Shown: piece after piece, positions 31,891 to 43,951 of the stretch
Layout: every line of letters begins with the position of its first letter
Position numbering within the stretch: position 1 is the first letter of the stretch
NCBI GenBank assembly: GCA_963737655.1
Contig: CAVTTN010000002.1
Location: 5,600,001 to 5,664,000 of the forward strand
Length of the DNA: 64,000 nucleotides
From: an uncultured Planctomycetota bacterium
GTDB taxonomy: Bacteria; Planctomycetota; Planctomycetia; Isosphaerales; Isosphaeraceae
Direction: 5' to 3'
Position numbers and translations under genes: made by a program
The notes under the pieces: generated by a model
What the model was told of the DNA's origin: nothing
The model's database searches: none
Seen by the model: the letters and a program-made list of their open reading frames with translations, nothing else

Positions 31891-31960
31891 GATCGGTCCG
31901 CCGAGGGCGCCGAGAGAACCTCCTCAGGATGTTTTCCTCGGCGCCCTCGGCGGATCGATC
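31891..31960. terminator. 24-bp inverted repeat between convergent genes (bidirectional terminator or repeat element)
   Basis: 31891-31914 vs 31937-31960 with one mismatch. Confidence 0.6.
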
Positions 31961-33304
31961 CTACGGCCGCCGAACCTCGGGCGGGGCGATGTTCTCGATG
32001 CCGATCGGGAGGCGCTTGAGGTAGGGGCCGACGAGGTCCGCGTCCTTCGCCGGATACCGGCCGCGCTCTCGGAGATGGAGTTGCTCGGCGAGGGTCATGA
32101 TCAGGAGGGCGCGGCCCTTGCGCTCGGCCTCGACGTCGGGCTCGAAGTAGCGAGTCGAGGGCAGGATCCGCCAGATCATGCTCGAATCGAGCCTCCGGAA
32201 GAGGGCGCCCGGCTCGATCGCGCGGGCGGCCTCGGGGGCCGACGGGTCGGCGACGTACATCGTCCAGTTCGGCCATCGCGGGTCGTTGCCGACCTCCGCC
32301 GGCCTCGCCGCCTTCGGCCGGTCGATCTGCGCCAGGCGATTGGCGAAGAAGAGGCGGGCCACGCGGAGGCTCCTCTCGGGTTCTCTCTTGTAGAACCACG
32401 AGATTCGATGCCAGGCCCAGAATTGGTCATACGAATACGGGTTGTTGTCGGCCGTCTCGGTCCACTTCTGGAACCGGACGGGGTCGCCCAGGGCCCCTCT
32501 CAGGGCGAGGTATTCGGCCTTCAGGTTGTCGGAGGCCGGCGGTTCGGACTCGTCGAGCGCGAGGACGTCGCGGAGGACTTCCCGGTGTGCCTCGATCGAG
32601 AGCTTCGCACCCTTCGCCCAGGGCGAGAGGCGGGCGAGGGCCTGGCCTTCGAGGGCCACGCCGGACGCCCTCATCGGATAGCGGCTTCGCGTCTTCATGT
32701 GACGGGAACACCGGAGGACGGCCCGATACCACCCCCACGCCCCGGCGAAGTCCCCATGTTCTTCGAGCCGCGAGCCTTCGAGGAGGGCCATCTGGCCGAG
32801 CCTCAGGAGCTGCGCCGGGTAGGTCGCGTCGGCGACCAGCGGGATCGCCCCCGGCGGCTCGGGCATGGCGTCGGGCCGTCCCGTCCCCTCTCGCCAGAGG
32901 GCCAGGATCGCCCGGTTCTGGACGACCCACGACTTGAGCGCCGGCGTCGAGGCCCCCCAGCCCGCTCTGACGGCCCCGAACATCCCGTTCCAGTCTCGCG
33001 ATTCGGGCGTGTCGACCAGGCGGTCGGCGGCCTCTCGGTAGAGGACGAACGCATCGTCCGCCTCGGGCACCGAACCGGCCTCCCTGGCGAACGCCGCCAC
33101 GTCGAATGGGTCGCCGACGTCGGGCAAATCGCGGAGGCTGGCCTGCCTCCAGACGAGGCTGCCGACGAATGTTCCCACGATCAAATAAGCGACGATCAGG
33201 AGCCGCCTCCGCCAGCCCCGGCTCCGTTCGAGGAGGTGCATCGGGGCGAGGATCACGCCCAGGGCGCGGGCCGCCGGCCGCTTCAGCGAGGTCATCGAGG
33301 TCAT
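31961..33304 (-). CDS. Hypothetical membrane protein (LPDIGDPFD family)
   Basis: SLRDLPDVGDPFD, REPERS.R..RL.FAN and LVGPYLKRLP; paralog of 3058-4443. Confidence 0.8.
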   Translation of the reverse strand: MTSMTSLKRPAARALGVILAPMHLLERSRGWRRRLLIVAYLIVGTFVGSLVWRQASLRDLPDVGDPFDVAAFAREAGSVPEADDAFVLYREAADRLVDTPESRDWNGMFGAVRAGWGASTPALKSWVVQNRAILALWREGTGRPDAMPEPPGAIPLVADATYPAQLLRLGQMALLEGSRLEEHGDFAGAWGWYRAVLRCSRHMKTRSRYPMRASGVALEGQALARLSPWAKGAKLSIEAHREVLRDVLALDESEPPASDNLKAEYLALRGALGDPVRFQKWTETADNNPYSYDQFWAWHRISWFYKREPERSLRVARLFFANRLAQIDRPKAARPAEVGNDPRWPNWTMYVADPSAPEAARAIEPGALFRRLDSSMIWRILPSTRYFEPDVEAERKGRALLIMTLAEQLHLRERGRYPAKDADLVGPYLKRLPIGIENIAPPEVRRP

Positions 33305-34541
33305 CGCGGGGCCTCCGCTTTCGTCTTCTTCGCGAGTTCTCCCTCCAGGTCGGCGATCAGCGAAGGTCTCAGACTCGCGTCGCGATCGACCCAGCGGTGG
33401 GGGCCGTACCAGCGCTGGGGGCCATTGCCCGCGCGGAGGAACCAGGCGCCCCGACCCTCGTCCAGGCCCCGGACGATCTCGGCCGGGGAGGCGATCCCGG
33501 CGGGCAGGCCGGGCGGGGGGGTTTCGTAGAACGGGAGGCCCTCCCGAGCGGAAACGAGCTTCGGCCGGGACGCGGGCGGGTTGTCCACATAGGCCAGCCA
33601 GTTGGCGAACATGATCTTGTGGATGCGCCGGCGCGCTCGGGCTCGTTCTGGAGGAAGGCGAGGAGGCGGAGGTAGCCCGGGAGGTGGGACGGCCAGTCCT
33701 CGTCGGCGGCCTGGCTGCCGAGGTACTCCGACATGAGTCCGGGGCGGGACCACTCCTTCTGCTCGGCGAGGTAATCGATCTGGAGGCATTCGACGGGCGA
33801 CGGGCCGAGAGCATCGAGGCTTCGGACGTCGCCCAGGGCCTTGCGGATCAACTCCGGGCCGACGAGCGGATTCGCGGCCCATTTCGTCGCGCGCTCGGCC
33901 GCGATGGCGAAGGTCTCGACGCCGGAATACGCCTCGAATGACGACGCATGCCGCCCCACCAGCCGGGAGCCTCGCAGGGCGGCCCGATACCACGTCCAGG
34001 CGCCGGACGGGTCGCCGCCGGCCAGGAGCCGATCGCCTTGGAGCAGCGCGAGCGAGGCCATCCGGTGATGCGAGCTCCCCCTCTGGTATGGCGCGATGTT
34101 TTCCTCGGTCCCGGGCCGGGCCGGCATCGCGTCGGGGCGGTCGGTCCCCTGCCTCCAGAGGTCCAGGGCCTCGGCATTCTGGTCGAGATAGGCGAGCAGT
34201 GGGGGTGAGGCCATCGGTCCTCGGCCCCGGACGAGTATCCGATCGATCTCGTCGGACCGTTTCAGCCGCTTCTCCGCCTCGCGCCACAAGCTCCAGGCGT
34301 TGCGGTCGGGCGGGACGTCGATCGCCCGGATCGGCGCGGGGTCGAACGGGTCGCCGATGTCGGGATAGCCGGCCAGCCGGCTGGCCCGGTACCCGAACAT
34401 GGCGAGGACGGCCAGGATCAACCCATAAAGGGCCAGAAGCGCCAGCCTCCTTCGACCCTTCGCCCGCTCGACCCAGACCAGGGGGGCCGTGAGCACCCCG
34501 ACGACCGTCGGCCGCCTGGTCGCCTTCGCGTTCGTCTCCAT
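33301..34541 (-). CDS. Hypothetical membrane protein (LPDIGDPFD family; frameshift near 33630)
   Basis: YPDIGDPFD..VPPDRNAW; NEPERA, then FANWLA in a shifted frame. Confidence 0.75.
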
Positions 34542-34683
34542 CGCCGTCGCCTCGGGAGGGCGGAACGTCCTCTTTCGAGGAAGATTATCAGGGCGATGGC
34601 CTCATGCCAACTCCCGAGTCCGAAATCTTTCGGATTCAGGGCGGGGGAGCCGACCCGGCGCGGGGTGGGGCGCTCCGGTCGGA

Positions 34684-35304
34684 TCAGATCTTGCGGTCTC
34701 GATGGCGTTGGCGGCGGCGGGCCATGGGGGGTTGGAGGATCTCGTTGAGGAGGAAGGCCTCGCGGATTCGGGCGGTGGTGCTCAGGGCCAGGCGGAGGTC
34801 GGCGATGCTCGTGGCGGCGACGTAGCCGACGGCCGGGGCGGTGGACGTGGCGGCGGCCTCCAGCTCATTGGCGGCGGAGACCGATTCGGTGAGCGGGCGG
34901 ATCTCCAGGGGTCGGGTGATCGTCTGGTTGACCTCGGCGGAGATCCGGCCGCCGAGGATCTCCTTGGGCCGGGACGGCGGCGGCTCAGGGCGCCTTGGCG
35001 AGGAGGAGGCCGGTCGCGTCCGGCCCTGGTTGCGCCGGGCCGGAGAGGTGGATCGCGCCCCGGGACGGGTCGTCTCGGAGCGGAGGATGATGATCCCGTC
35101 ATCCTTCGCGGTCGGGCGGTTCGCGGACGTCATGGAGGAGCCGCCCGGCCTCTCGCCGGGCCGGGGCGGGAAGCCGGGCCGAGGGCCCAGGCCCATCGCC
35201 CGGTCCTTGGCCGCGGCGTTCTCGCGATTGAACAGGTTGCTCAGGGCCCAGACGATCAGCATGACCACCGGGATGATGATCCGCCACAGATCCTGATTCA
35301 TCAT
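34684..35304 (-). CDS. Hypothetical membrane protein downstream of floA (YqfB-like position)
   Basis: N-terminal TM segment; C-terminal IREAF.L.EIL.PP.A.R motif. Confidence 0.7.
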   Translation of the reverse strand: MMNQDLWRIIIPVVMLIVWALSNLFNRENAAAKDRAMGLGPRPGFPPRPGERPGGSSMTSANRPTAKDDGIIILRSETTRPGARSTSPARRNQGRTRPASSSPRRPEPPPSRPKEILGGRISAEVNQTITRPLEIRPLTESVSAANELEAAATSTAPAVGYVAATSIADLRLALSTTARIREAFLLNEILQPPMARRRQRHRDRKI

Positions 35305-35357
35305 GGCCCTCCGGCCTGCTGGCGAGACGACGATGGGGACCGATCCGATGGGGAGTC

Positions 35358-36422
35358 TCAGGAGTTCGACGGTTCTCGGCGGGCGTTGCCGCTGCCGGCG
35401 ATGGCCGACCTCATCTCGGTATCGGCCTGGATGTTGCGGAGGTTGTAGTAATCGTTGATCCCCAGGTTCCCCTTGCGGAACGCCTCGGCGATCGCCATCG
35501 GGATCTCGGCCTCGGCCAGGACGACCTTGGCGCGGTTGGACTGGACCGTCGCGATGTGCTCCTGCTCCATCGCCACGGCGAACGCCCGGCGCTCCTCGGC
35601 CTTGGCGCGGGCCACGCGCGTGTCGGCCTCGGCCTGGGCGGCCTGGAGGTTGGCGCCGATGTTCTCGCCCACGTCGATGTCGGCGATGTCGATCGAGAGG
35701 ATCTCGAAGGCGGTGCCGGCGTCCAGGCCCTTCTCCAGCACCCGCTTGGAGATGGTGTCCGGGTTCTCGAGCACCTGGCTGTGCGACTCGGCCGAGCCGA
35801 TGGTGGTGACGATGCCCTCGCCCACCCGGGCGATGATCGTTTCCTCGGTCGCCCCGCCGACCAGGCGGTCGATGTTCGTGCGGACCGTCACGCGGGCCTT
35901 GACCTTGAGCTGAATCCCGTTCTTGGCGACGGCGTCGATCGTCTGGCGGCCCTTGGCCGGGTCGGGGCAGTCGATGACCTTGGGATTCACGCTCGTCTGG
36001 ACGGCATCGAGGACGTTCCGGCCGGCGAGGTCGATGGCGGCGGCCCTCTTGTACGAGAGGGGGATGTCCGCGCGATTGGCGGCGATCAGGGCGCGGACGA
36101 CGTTGGGGACGTTCCCCCCGGCGAGGTAGTGGGCCTCGAGGCTGCGGGTCGAGACGCCGTCCTTCTCGGTGAGGCCGGCCTGGATGGCCATGATCTTGGA
36201 GCGGACCATGATGTTCGGGTTGACCTTGCGGAAGGTCATCCCCACGAGGTCCCACAGGCCCACGTTCGCCCCGGTCGTCTTGGACTGGATCCAGAGGTTG
36301 AAGTACTTGGCGAACAGGACGAACAGGACGAGCGAGAACAGGACGATGACGCCGCCACAGATGTACAAGATGATCATCATCTTGTTGGCTTCGGTCAACT
36401 GGGCGAGGATCGCGGGCAGCAT
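35358..36422 (-). CDS. floA: Flotillin-like protein FloA (YqfA/UPF0365)
   Basis: [31 protein letters not shown] and [20 protein letters not shown]. Confidence 0.95.
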   Translation of the reverse strand: MLPAILAQLTEANKMMIILYICGGVIVLFSLVLFVLFAKYFNLWIQSKTTGANVGLWDLVGMTFRKVNPNIMVRSKIMAIQAGLTEKDGVSTRSLEAHYLAGGNVPNVVRALIAANRADIPLSYKRAAAIDLAGRNVLDAVQTSVNPKVIDCPDPAKGRQTIDAVAKNGIQLKVKARVTVRTNIDRLVGGATEETIIARVGEGIVTTIGSAESHSQVLENPDTISKRVLEKGLDAGTAFEILSIDIADIDVGENIGANLQAAQAEADTRVARAKAEERRAFAVAMEQEHIATVQSNRAKVVLAEAEIPMAIAEAFRKGNLGINDYYNLRNIQADTEMRSAIAGSGNARREPSNS

Positions 36423-36713
36423 GGGAGCCTCTCGGTTCGCGCGGGCGTCGCGACACAAAAATGCCGAACGGGAGGGCGGCCGGTCGCGGCCCCTGGTCCG
36501 ATTGTAGCGGATCGGCCGGGGCGATGCACCAGAGGCGCCCGGACCCGACGAATCCGGTTGGCTCGATCGGGGAAAACCTGCCCGCGTCGGCGCGGTGACT
36601 CCTGGTTCCGAGGGCCGGATGGACTATAAGATAGGGACATCGCGAGCGGCCCCGGATCGCCCCTCGGGCTCCGGGGCCGCGGGTCGAACCGCGTTCTTGC
36701 CAGGGAGATCGGG

Positions 36714-37690
36714 ATGACGAAGAGGAACTGGACGCCCCGGGCGTCGGCCCTGGGCCTGGGCCTGGCCGCCGTTTTGGGGCTGGGTGTCGCCGGCTGCGGA
36801 GGCTCGAAGGAAGGCGTCGATACGGCGACGGTGACGGTCAACGAGCCGGTGGCCTCGACGACCTCCTCGGCCAATTCGAGCGCCGCCCCGACCGAGACCA
36901 AGGGCGCCGCCCCGACCGAGACCAAGGGCGCCGCCGAGCCCGCCAAGACGACCGAGGCCGCCGGGGCCGTCGAGGGCTGGGGGACGCTCAAGGGCAAGGT
37001 CACCCTCGCCGGAGACCCGCCCGCGCCCAAGGTCCTCGTCGCCAAGGGGGATTTCGGCGTGAAGGACGGCAAGGGCCCCGACGGCCAGCCCCTCTGCGCC
37101 GCCAAGGAGATCGACTCCGAGAGGCTCGTCGTGGACAAGGCCACCAAGGGCGTGAAGTGGGCGATCGTCTACATCCCCAAGCCCACCAAGGTGAACCCCG
37201 AGGCCGAGTCCGCCGCCAAGTCCGCGCCGCTGGTCTTCGACCAGAAGAACTGCTCGTTCGTGCCCCACGTCCTGGTGGGGACCAAGGGCGCGACGGTCAC
37301 GATCACGTCGCAGGACCCGGTGGGCCACAACGCCAACTCTCGCGGCCTGTTGAACACGAAGTTCAACCTGCCGACCCAGCCGAACTCGAAGATCCCTCAG
37401 CTCTTGAAGAACCCCGAGCCCAAGCCGGGCGAGGTCGGCTGCGACGTCCACCCGTGGATGAAGGCGTACTGGTTCGTCCTGAACAACCCGTACTTCGCCG
37501 TCACGGACGCCCAGGGCAACTACGAGATCAAGAACGCCCCGGCCGGCGAGCAGAAGGTGGTGGTCTGGGCCGAATGCCTCGGCCCCGGCCTGCTGACGCC
37601 CTCCTCGGGCGAGGCCGTGACGATCAAGGCCGGCGGCGACACGGCGAAGGATTTCACCATCGACGCCGCGAAGGTCAAGCCCGAAGGCTG
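36714..37690 (+). CDS. Lipoprotein with cupredoxin-like and carboxypeptidase-regulatory-like domains (copy 1; no stop before copy 2 in this assembly)
   Basis: Lipobox VAGC; DQKNC.F.PHV, N/D..GHN, CDVHPWM.AY and PYFAVTD..G.YEI. Confidence 0.75.
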
Positions 37691-37826
37691 CAGCCCACCC
37701 ACCGATCGCGCCGGCCCCGTTTCTTCCGAGACGGCGGCCGGCTTCCCTCCCTCGCTCCTGATCGCTCCCCGCCCCCTCGGGGGATCGACGACCATCCTCC
37801 CCCTCCCGACGGAGAACTCTCCTCCC

Positions 37827-38660
37827 ATGCGCGTTGCGAAGCCCCTGCTTGCCTGCGCCGGAACGGCCGGCGCCCTCCTGTTCGGCCTGATGGTGTTCGG
37901 CGGCGCGACCGGCCCGAAGGCGGCCGAGGCGTCGGTCCCGGCCGGTCCGATCGCCTCGGCGACGGTGGCCCAGGGCGGATTCGGCACGATCAAGGGCCGG
38001 GTCGTCTGGGGAGGCGCCACCGCGCCGGCCCCCGTCGAGCTGAACACCTCCAGCACCAATGACGCCTTCTGCAAGATGCAGACGCCCAAGGACAACGGCC
38101 TGAAGGTCGATCCCAAGACCAAGGGCGTGGCCAACGTCTTCGCCTGCCTCCTGACCCCCAAGGGGAAGAACCCCGAGGCCGAGAAGGCCCTGCTGGCCAA
38201 GGAAGCGAAGGTCGAGATCGACAACAAGAATTGCGAATTCGTCCCCTACAGCACCGCCGTGATGAAGGGGCAGACCGTCGTGTTCAAGTCCGACGACCCG
38301 GTGGGCCACAACTCCCACTGGAGCGGCTTCAACAACAACGGCAACGTGAACCTGCCGCCCAAGGGGAAGGTGGAGCAGAAGCTCCAGCCCGAGAAACGGC
38401 TGATCGAGCTGAAGTGCGACATTCACCCCTGGATGAAGGGGTACATCATGGTCTTCGACCACCCGTTCTTCGCCGTCACGGGCGAGGATGGCTCGTTCGA
38501 GATCCAGGGCGTGCCGGCCGGGCCGCAGAACCTGGTCGTCCTCCACGGGCCCGTCGGGTTCGTCACGCCGAATGGGAACAAGGGGATGGCCGTCGAGGTC
38601 AAGGCGGGCGAGACGACCAACGTGGGCGACATCGTCCTCAATCCGGCCAAGGTGAAGTAG
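37827..38660 (+). CDS. Paralogous exported cupredoxin-like protein (copy 2)
   Basis: Own RBS (GGAG), ATG and signal peptide; DNKNC.F.P, CDIHPWM.GY and HPFFAVT. Confidence 0.75.
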   Translation: MRVAKPLLACAGTAGALLFGLMVFGGATGPKAAEASVPAGPIASATVAQGGFGTIKGRVVWGGATAPAPVELNTSSTNDAFCKMQTPKDNGLKVDPKTKGVANVFACLLTPKGKNPEAEKALLAKEAKVEIDNKNCEFVPYSTAVMKGQTVVFKSDDPVGHNSHWSGFNNNGNVNLPPKGKVEQKLQPEKRLIELKCDIHPWMKGYIMVFDHPFFAVTGEDGSFEIQGVPAGPQNLVVLHGPVGFVTPNGNKGMAVEVKAGETTNVGDIVLNPAKVK

Positions 38661-38799
38661 GGTGCATGAAATGCACCAACCAACGCGGCGGGCCACGCCC
38701 GCCTCCCTTTTCCTCTTCCTCCGTTCGGGAGGTTGAGAAATCGGTAGGCGGGCGTGGCCCGCCGCGTTGTTGGTGCTTGGTGCATTGCATGCACCCTAC
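38657..38799. repeat. REPIN-like inverted repeat, family C (GTAGGGTGCAT..ATGCACC)
   Basis: GTAG-terminated arms with an extended inner IR (CAACGCGGCGGGCCACGCCCGCCT); overlaps both convergent stop codons. Confidence 0.85.
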
Positions 38800-39476
38800 A
38801 TTTCGCCGAGCATCCCGGCGTGGAAGGTGATGTCCTGGGGCCGGCCGGGCTTCTCGGGCTTCGGGGCCGAGTCGCTCACGGAGGCGGCGTCGGCGGCGTC
38901 GAAGCGGATCAGGGCGCCCTCGGCCGACAGTCCCAAACCGCCTCGCTCCCGGCCCTTGCGGTCGGAGAACGAGAGCTTGGCCGAGCCTCCGGGCGAGACG
39001 TTCAGGGCCGCGCCCCGGCGATCCCGCAGGAGTTCCAGGCCGGTGGTGCCGTCGTCGGCCAGGCTCAGGCCCGCTCGGCTCCGGCCGTCGCGGTCGAACA
39101 GGCTGATCGAGGCGGCCGAGCCGGTCTGCGAGGTCATCGCCACCCGGGGGGCCTGATCCTCGAAATATTCGAGGGCCGAGGAGCCGTCGGGCATGGCCCG
39201 GAGCAGGACCTGATCGCGCCCGGACTCGTCCATCAGGGCGAGCGCAGGCGCCAGGTCGTATTTCAGGGACAACATGGCCCGGGACCGGCCGTGCTCATCC
39301 TTCAGGACGAACCGTTCGGCCGAGACCTCGCGGGGCGCCCGGACGAGGTTCGTCCCGACCACGAGGAGGACCATTGCCCCGCCGACCAGCAACGCGCCGG
39401 CCCGCTTCAGGAGGAGGTTCTCCCTCTCCAGGCGGTCCAGGCGATCGGCCAGCGAGGCCACCGTGGGCGTTTCCAT
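38796..39476 (-). CDS. Hypothetical membrane-anchored beta-repeat protein
   Basis: RLDRLEREN coil, TM segment, then repeated L.L.D..G..R units. Confidence 0.75.
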   Translation of the reverse strand: METPTVASLADRLDRLERENLLLKRAGALLVGGAMVLLVVGTNLVRAPREVSAERFVLKDEHGRSRAMLSLKYDLAPALALMDESGRDQVLLRAMPDGSSALEYFEDQAPRVAMTSQTGSAASISLFDRDGRSRAGLSLADDGTTGLELLRDRRGAALNVSPGGSAKLSFSDRKGRERGGLGLSAEGALIRFDAADAASVSDSAPKPEKPGRPQDITFHAGMLGEM

Positions 39477-39784
39477 CCGAGAAGTCTCCGATCGAGTCAG
39501 GGAGAGTCCGTCGATCGACGGGGCCGATCGCCCGGCCCGAGGGCGGCGGGGCCCCATCCTCCGGGCCCATCGCACCCCTCCCCTTAGAACGCTAGAACGC
39601 CCCAGGAGGTTCGCGACGACCCCGAAAATATTCGTCGAAAACGGGCCGGGCGAGGCGACGCGGCAGCACGGCCGGGACGGCTCCGAGGCGGCCGTCGGCC
39701 TCCTCCCCGTCTTCTCCAGAGGTCACGGCCGACGCGGCCTCCGCGCCGCGAATCCCGGTCGACGCTCTCGCCTCGCCGATTCGC

Positions 39785-41212
39785 TTATTTCGGGGCGGAT
39801 TCCGCCGTCTTCTCCGTTTTCTTGGCCAGGAACGCCGATTCCAGGAGCGATTCGGTCGCGGCGCTGTCGAACCCCTCGACGATCGCCACGTCGGCCCCTC
39901 GACGCTCGACGGCGAAGACCGTGCCCTCGCTCGGGCGGCGGGTCGAGTCGGGCAGGGCCTCGGGGTTGGTGGCCTTCGGGCCGAGCTTCTTCGTCTGGAA
40001 TTCGAGGTAGGCGCGGGCGAACTGGCGGGCGTCTTCCTCGGAGTCCCAGGTCGAGAGCCAGACCAGGCCGAGCTGGCCGGCGGGGCTCTCGAAGGCGGCG
40101 AACTGGTCGCCGTCCCAGCCGGCGGCGGCGTCTCGGGCCTTCGTCCTGTTGCCCAGGAGGATGGCCGCCTGCATCTCGCCGACGACGTTGCGGGTCACTT
40201 CCTTCCAGGACGGCCCGGGGTCGAGCTTGCCGAGGTCCACGGCCGTCGGCGCGTCGGGCTTCGCCCGGTACTTCTCGGGGTGGAGCACCTGCTCGGTCGA
40301 GAGCGGAGGGTTCTTGTACGCCTCGTCCAGGGCCTTCCAGCCGCCATCATTGACCAGCCGGGCGCACAGGACCAGGCCGCGAAGATAGGGGAACAACAGC
40401 GACTCGGAGAGGATCGGCGGGGCCTCCTTGAGCGCCTTGCCGCCGGCCATCGTCATGAACGGCATCATCAGCGAGAAGGCGCGGTCGAGGTCGGCGGCGC
40501 GGATCGCGACGATCTTCGAGCCGTCATAGTCCTCCATCTGCGCGGCCATCATCGTCAGGGTCGCCTCGCCCTCGATCAGGGCGGAGAGGGCGAGCGAGCG
40601 GTCGTCGTCGTGCCGGGTCTTCTTCTGCATGGCGTCGAGGTCGTAATTCTGGTCGGCCAGGGCGTGGGTGAGCTCGTGGGCGATCACCGTCTTGTTCTCG
40701 TCCTTGTCGAACCCGCCCTTCTTGCCCATGAGCTTCTCGAAGAAGCCGGCGGGCTTGCCCTTGTTCGGCTCTCCGGGCTCGCGGATCAGGTGCATGGTCT
40801 TGGTCTTCGGGTCGTAGAAGGCGGCGATCTCCTCGGAATAGACCCGGACGGTGATGTCCTTGAAGTTCAGGTCCCTGGGGATGAAGCCCAGGGCCTTCAT
40901 GCCGATCTCGTCGCCCCGGTATTCCTCGGCGGTCTTGTCGTCCTCGAGCTCTTTGAGGAGGAATGTCTTGAGCTCCTCGCGGGCGGTCACGTCGCGCTTG
41001 ACCTCGTGGCGGAAGGCGATCTTGCGCATCCCGGGCAGGAGGTGCTCGAAGGCGGACTTGTAGCGGAGCTGGGCGTCGGTGGTCTCGCCGCGATCGGCGA
41101 GGGAGTCGCCCTCGGCCAGGAGTTTCTTGCCGGAGGCGGGGTCGGCCTTCGGCCCTTCGGCCGAAGCGGAGAGCGGGGCGAGGATCAGCAGGAGGGCGAG
41201 GAGGCGCGGCAT
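39785..41212 (-). CDS. Secreted putative zincin metallopeptidase
   Basis: Signal peptide; AFYDP, HELTHAL.DQ, ALIEG.AT, FPY..G, P.STEQV.HP and GW.GD. Confidence 0.75.
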   Translation of the reverse strand: MPRLLALLLILAPLSASAEGPKADPASGKKLLAEGDSLADRGETTDAQLRYKSAFEHLLPGMRKIAFRHEVKRDVTAREELKTFLLKELEDDKTAEEYRGDEIGMKALGFIPRDLNFKDITVRVYSEEIAAFYDPKTKTMHLIREPGEPNKGKPAGFFEKLMGKKGGFDKDENKTVIAHELTHALADQNYDLDAMQKKTRHDDDRSLALSALIEGEATLTMMAAQMEDYDGSKIVAIRAADLDRAFSLMMPFMTMAGGKALKEAPPILSESLLFPYLRGLVLCARLVNDGGWKALDEAYKNPPLSTEQVLHPEKYRAKPDAPTAVDLGKLDPGPSWKEVTRNVVGEMQAAILLGNRTKARDAAAGWDGDQFAAFESPAGQLGLVWLSTWDSEEDARQFARAYLEFQTKKLGPKATNPEALPDSTRRPSEGTVFAVERRGADVAIVEGFDSAATESLLESAFLAKKTEKTAESAPK

Positions 41213-41328
41213 GAAGTCCCTCGGGGAAGGCGTCTCGGGGCGACGAACGGAGGGGCGGACCGACGCGGGCCGCGCCTGGGGAGCGCGGAGCCCGACCGGA
41301 AGGCCGATCGCTCCGAGAATCCCCGCCC

Positions 41329-42341
41329 TCATTTTGGCCGGGCGATCCGGGCGGGGCCAGAGGGCTTCGGCCTGGCGTTCAACGGGACTTCCAGCAGCTG
41401 GACGGCGGCCCGGACGACGGTTTCCTGCCTCGTCTTCGGCCCTTTGCGGGCCGGGTGGTTGCGGTTCTCCAGGCGGACGAGCTCCTGGAGGATTCGGGGC
41501 TCGGGCCAGGATTGGAGCCGGAGCGTCACCACCCGCTCTCGGCGGCCGGAGGAGGTCAGGGGGACGAGATCCTCGGGGGCCATCCAGGACGCCTTGCCGG
41601 GGACGATCCGCACCCCCTGGCGCTCGCAAAGCGCCTCGATCTCCTCCGCCGGGGAGACCGTGGGGTCTTTCAGGACCCGGCGGAGCTCGGCGCGGAAGCC
41701 CGATCGGCTCGTCTCCAGATCCTGGCGGTGCTGGTCCTCCATCTGGAACTCGCGGCGGAGGGCGGACCGCTCGTCGTCCTCGAACTGGCGGACCTTGGTG
41801 GCCTCCATCGCGGCCTCGTTGGCCTTCTTCTGGACGACCTCTCGGCGGATGTCATTCCAGACCTCCGAGGCGTCCACCGGCTCCTCGGGCAAGACCGCCG
41901 CGAGGGTCGGACGCGAGGGCGGGGCGCCAGGGCGGCCCGGATCGGGCCGAGGAAGGCTGGGCAACCGGGGAGGAATGACGAGCCGGGCCTCATGGACCAC
42001 CGCCACCGGCGGCGGGGGCGCCGGCGAGGCTTGCGGGGGAGGCGTCCGAGGGAGGGCCGGCGCCTCGGGCCGTCGGCGGGCGAGGAACCCTTCGAGCCCT
42101 CGCCAGTCCTCGATCCGGACCCGGTACGCCAGGACCATCCCGGCCACCAGGAGGAGGAGGACCGCCGGGGCGAGCCGGCTCAGCAGGCTCCTCCGATACT
42201 GGACGACCACTTTCGGCCGGGGGGCCGCCAGGTCATCGTCGGGGAGGGCATCCATGTGGTCCAGGCCCATTCGGCGAGGCTCCTCGGTCGATCGGGTCGG
42301 GTCGGGTCGGTCGTCAAAGGGGCGACGCCCCCGGGGCTGGC

Positions 42342-42345
<4 letters not shown>
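41329..42345 (-). CDS. Hypothetical membrane protein
   Basis: Start overlaps the fumC stop; TM segment, Pro-rich linker, helical C-terminus. Confidence 0.65.
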
Positions 42346-43886
<1,541 letters not shown>

Positions 43887-43908
43887 GCCAGGTTCCCCCG
43901 AGAAGCCG

Positions 43909-43936
43909 GGTCGGTCGGTCGGTCGGTCGGTCGGTC
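43909..43936. repeat. (GGTC)7 tetranucleotide SSR upstream of fumC
   Basis: Seven perfect units. Confidence 0.9.
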
Positions 43937-43951
43937 CGCGAGGCGGACGGC

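Noticed and set aside
36880..36935. 24-bp direct repeat
   Set aside because: In-frame linker duplication (AAPTETKG x2) in a lipoprotein; ordinary.
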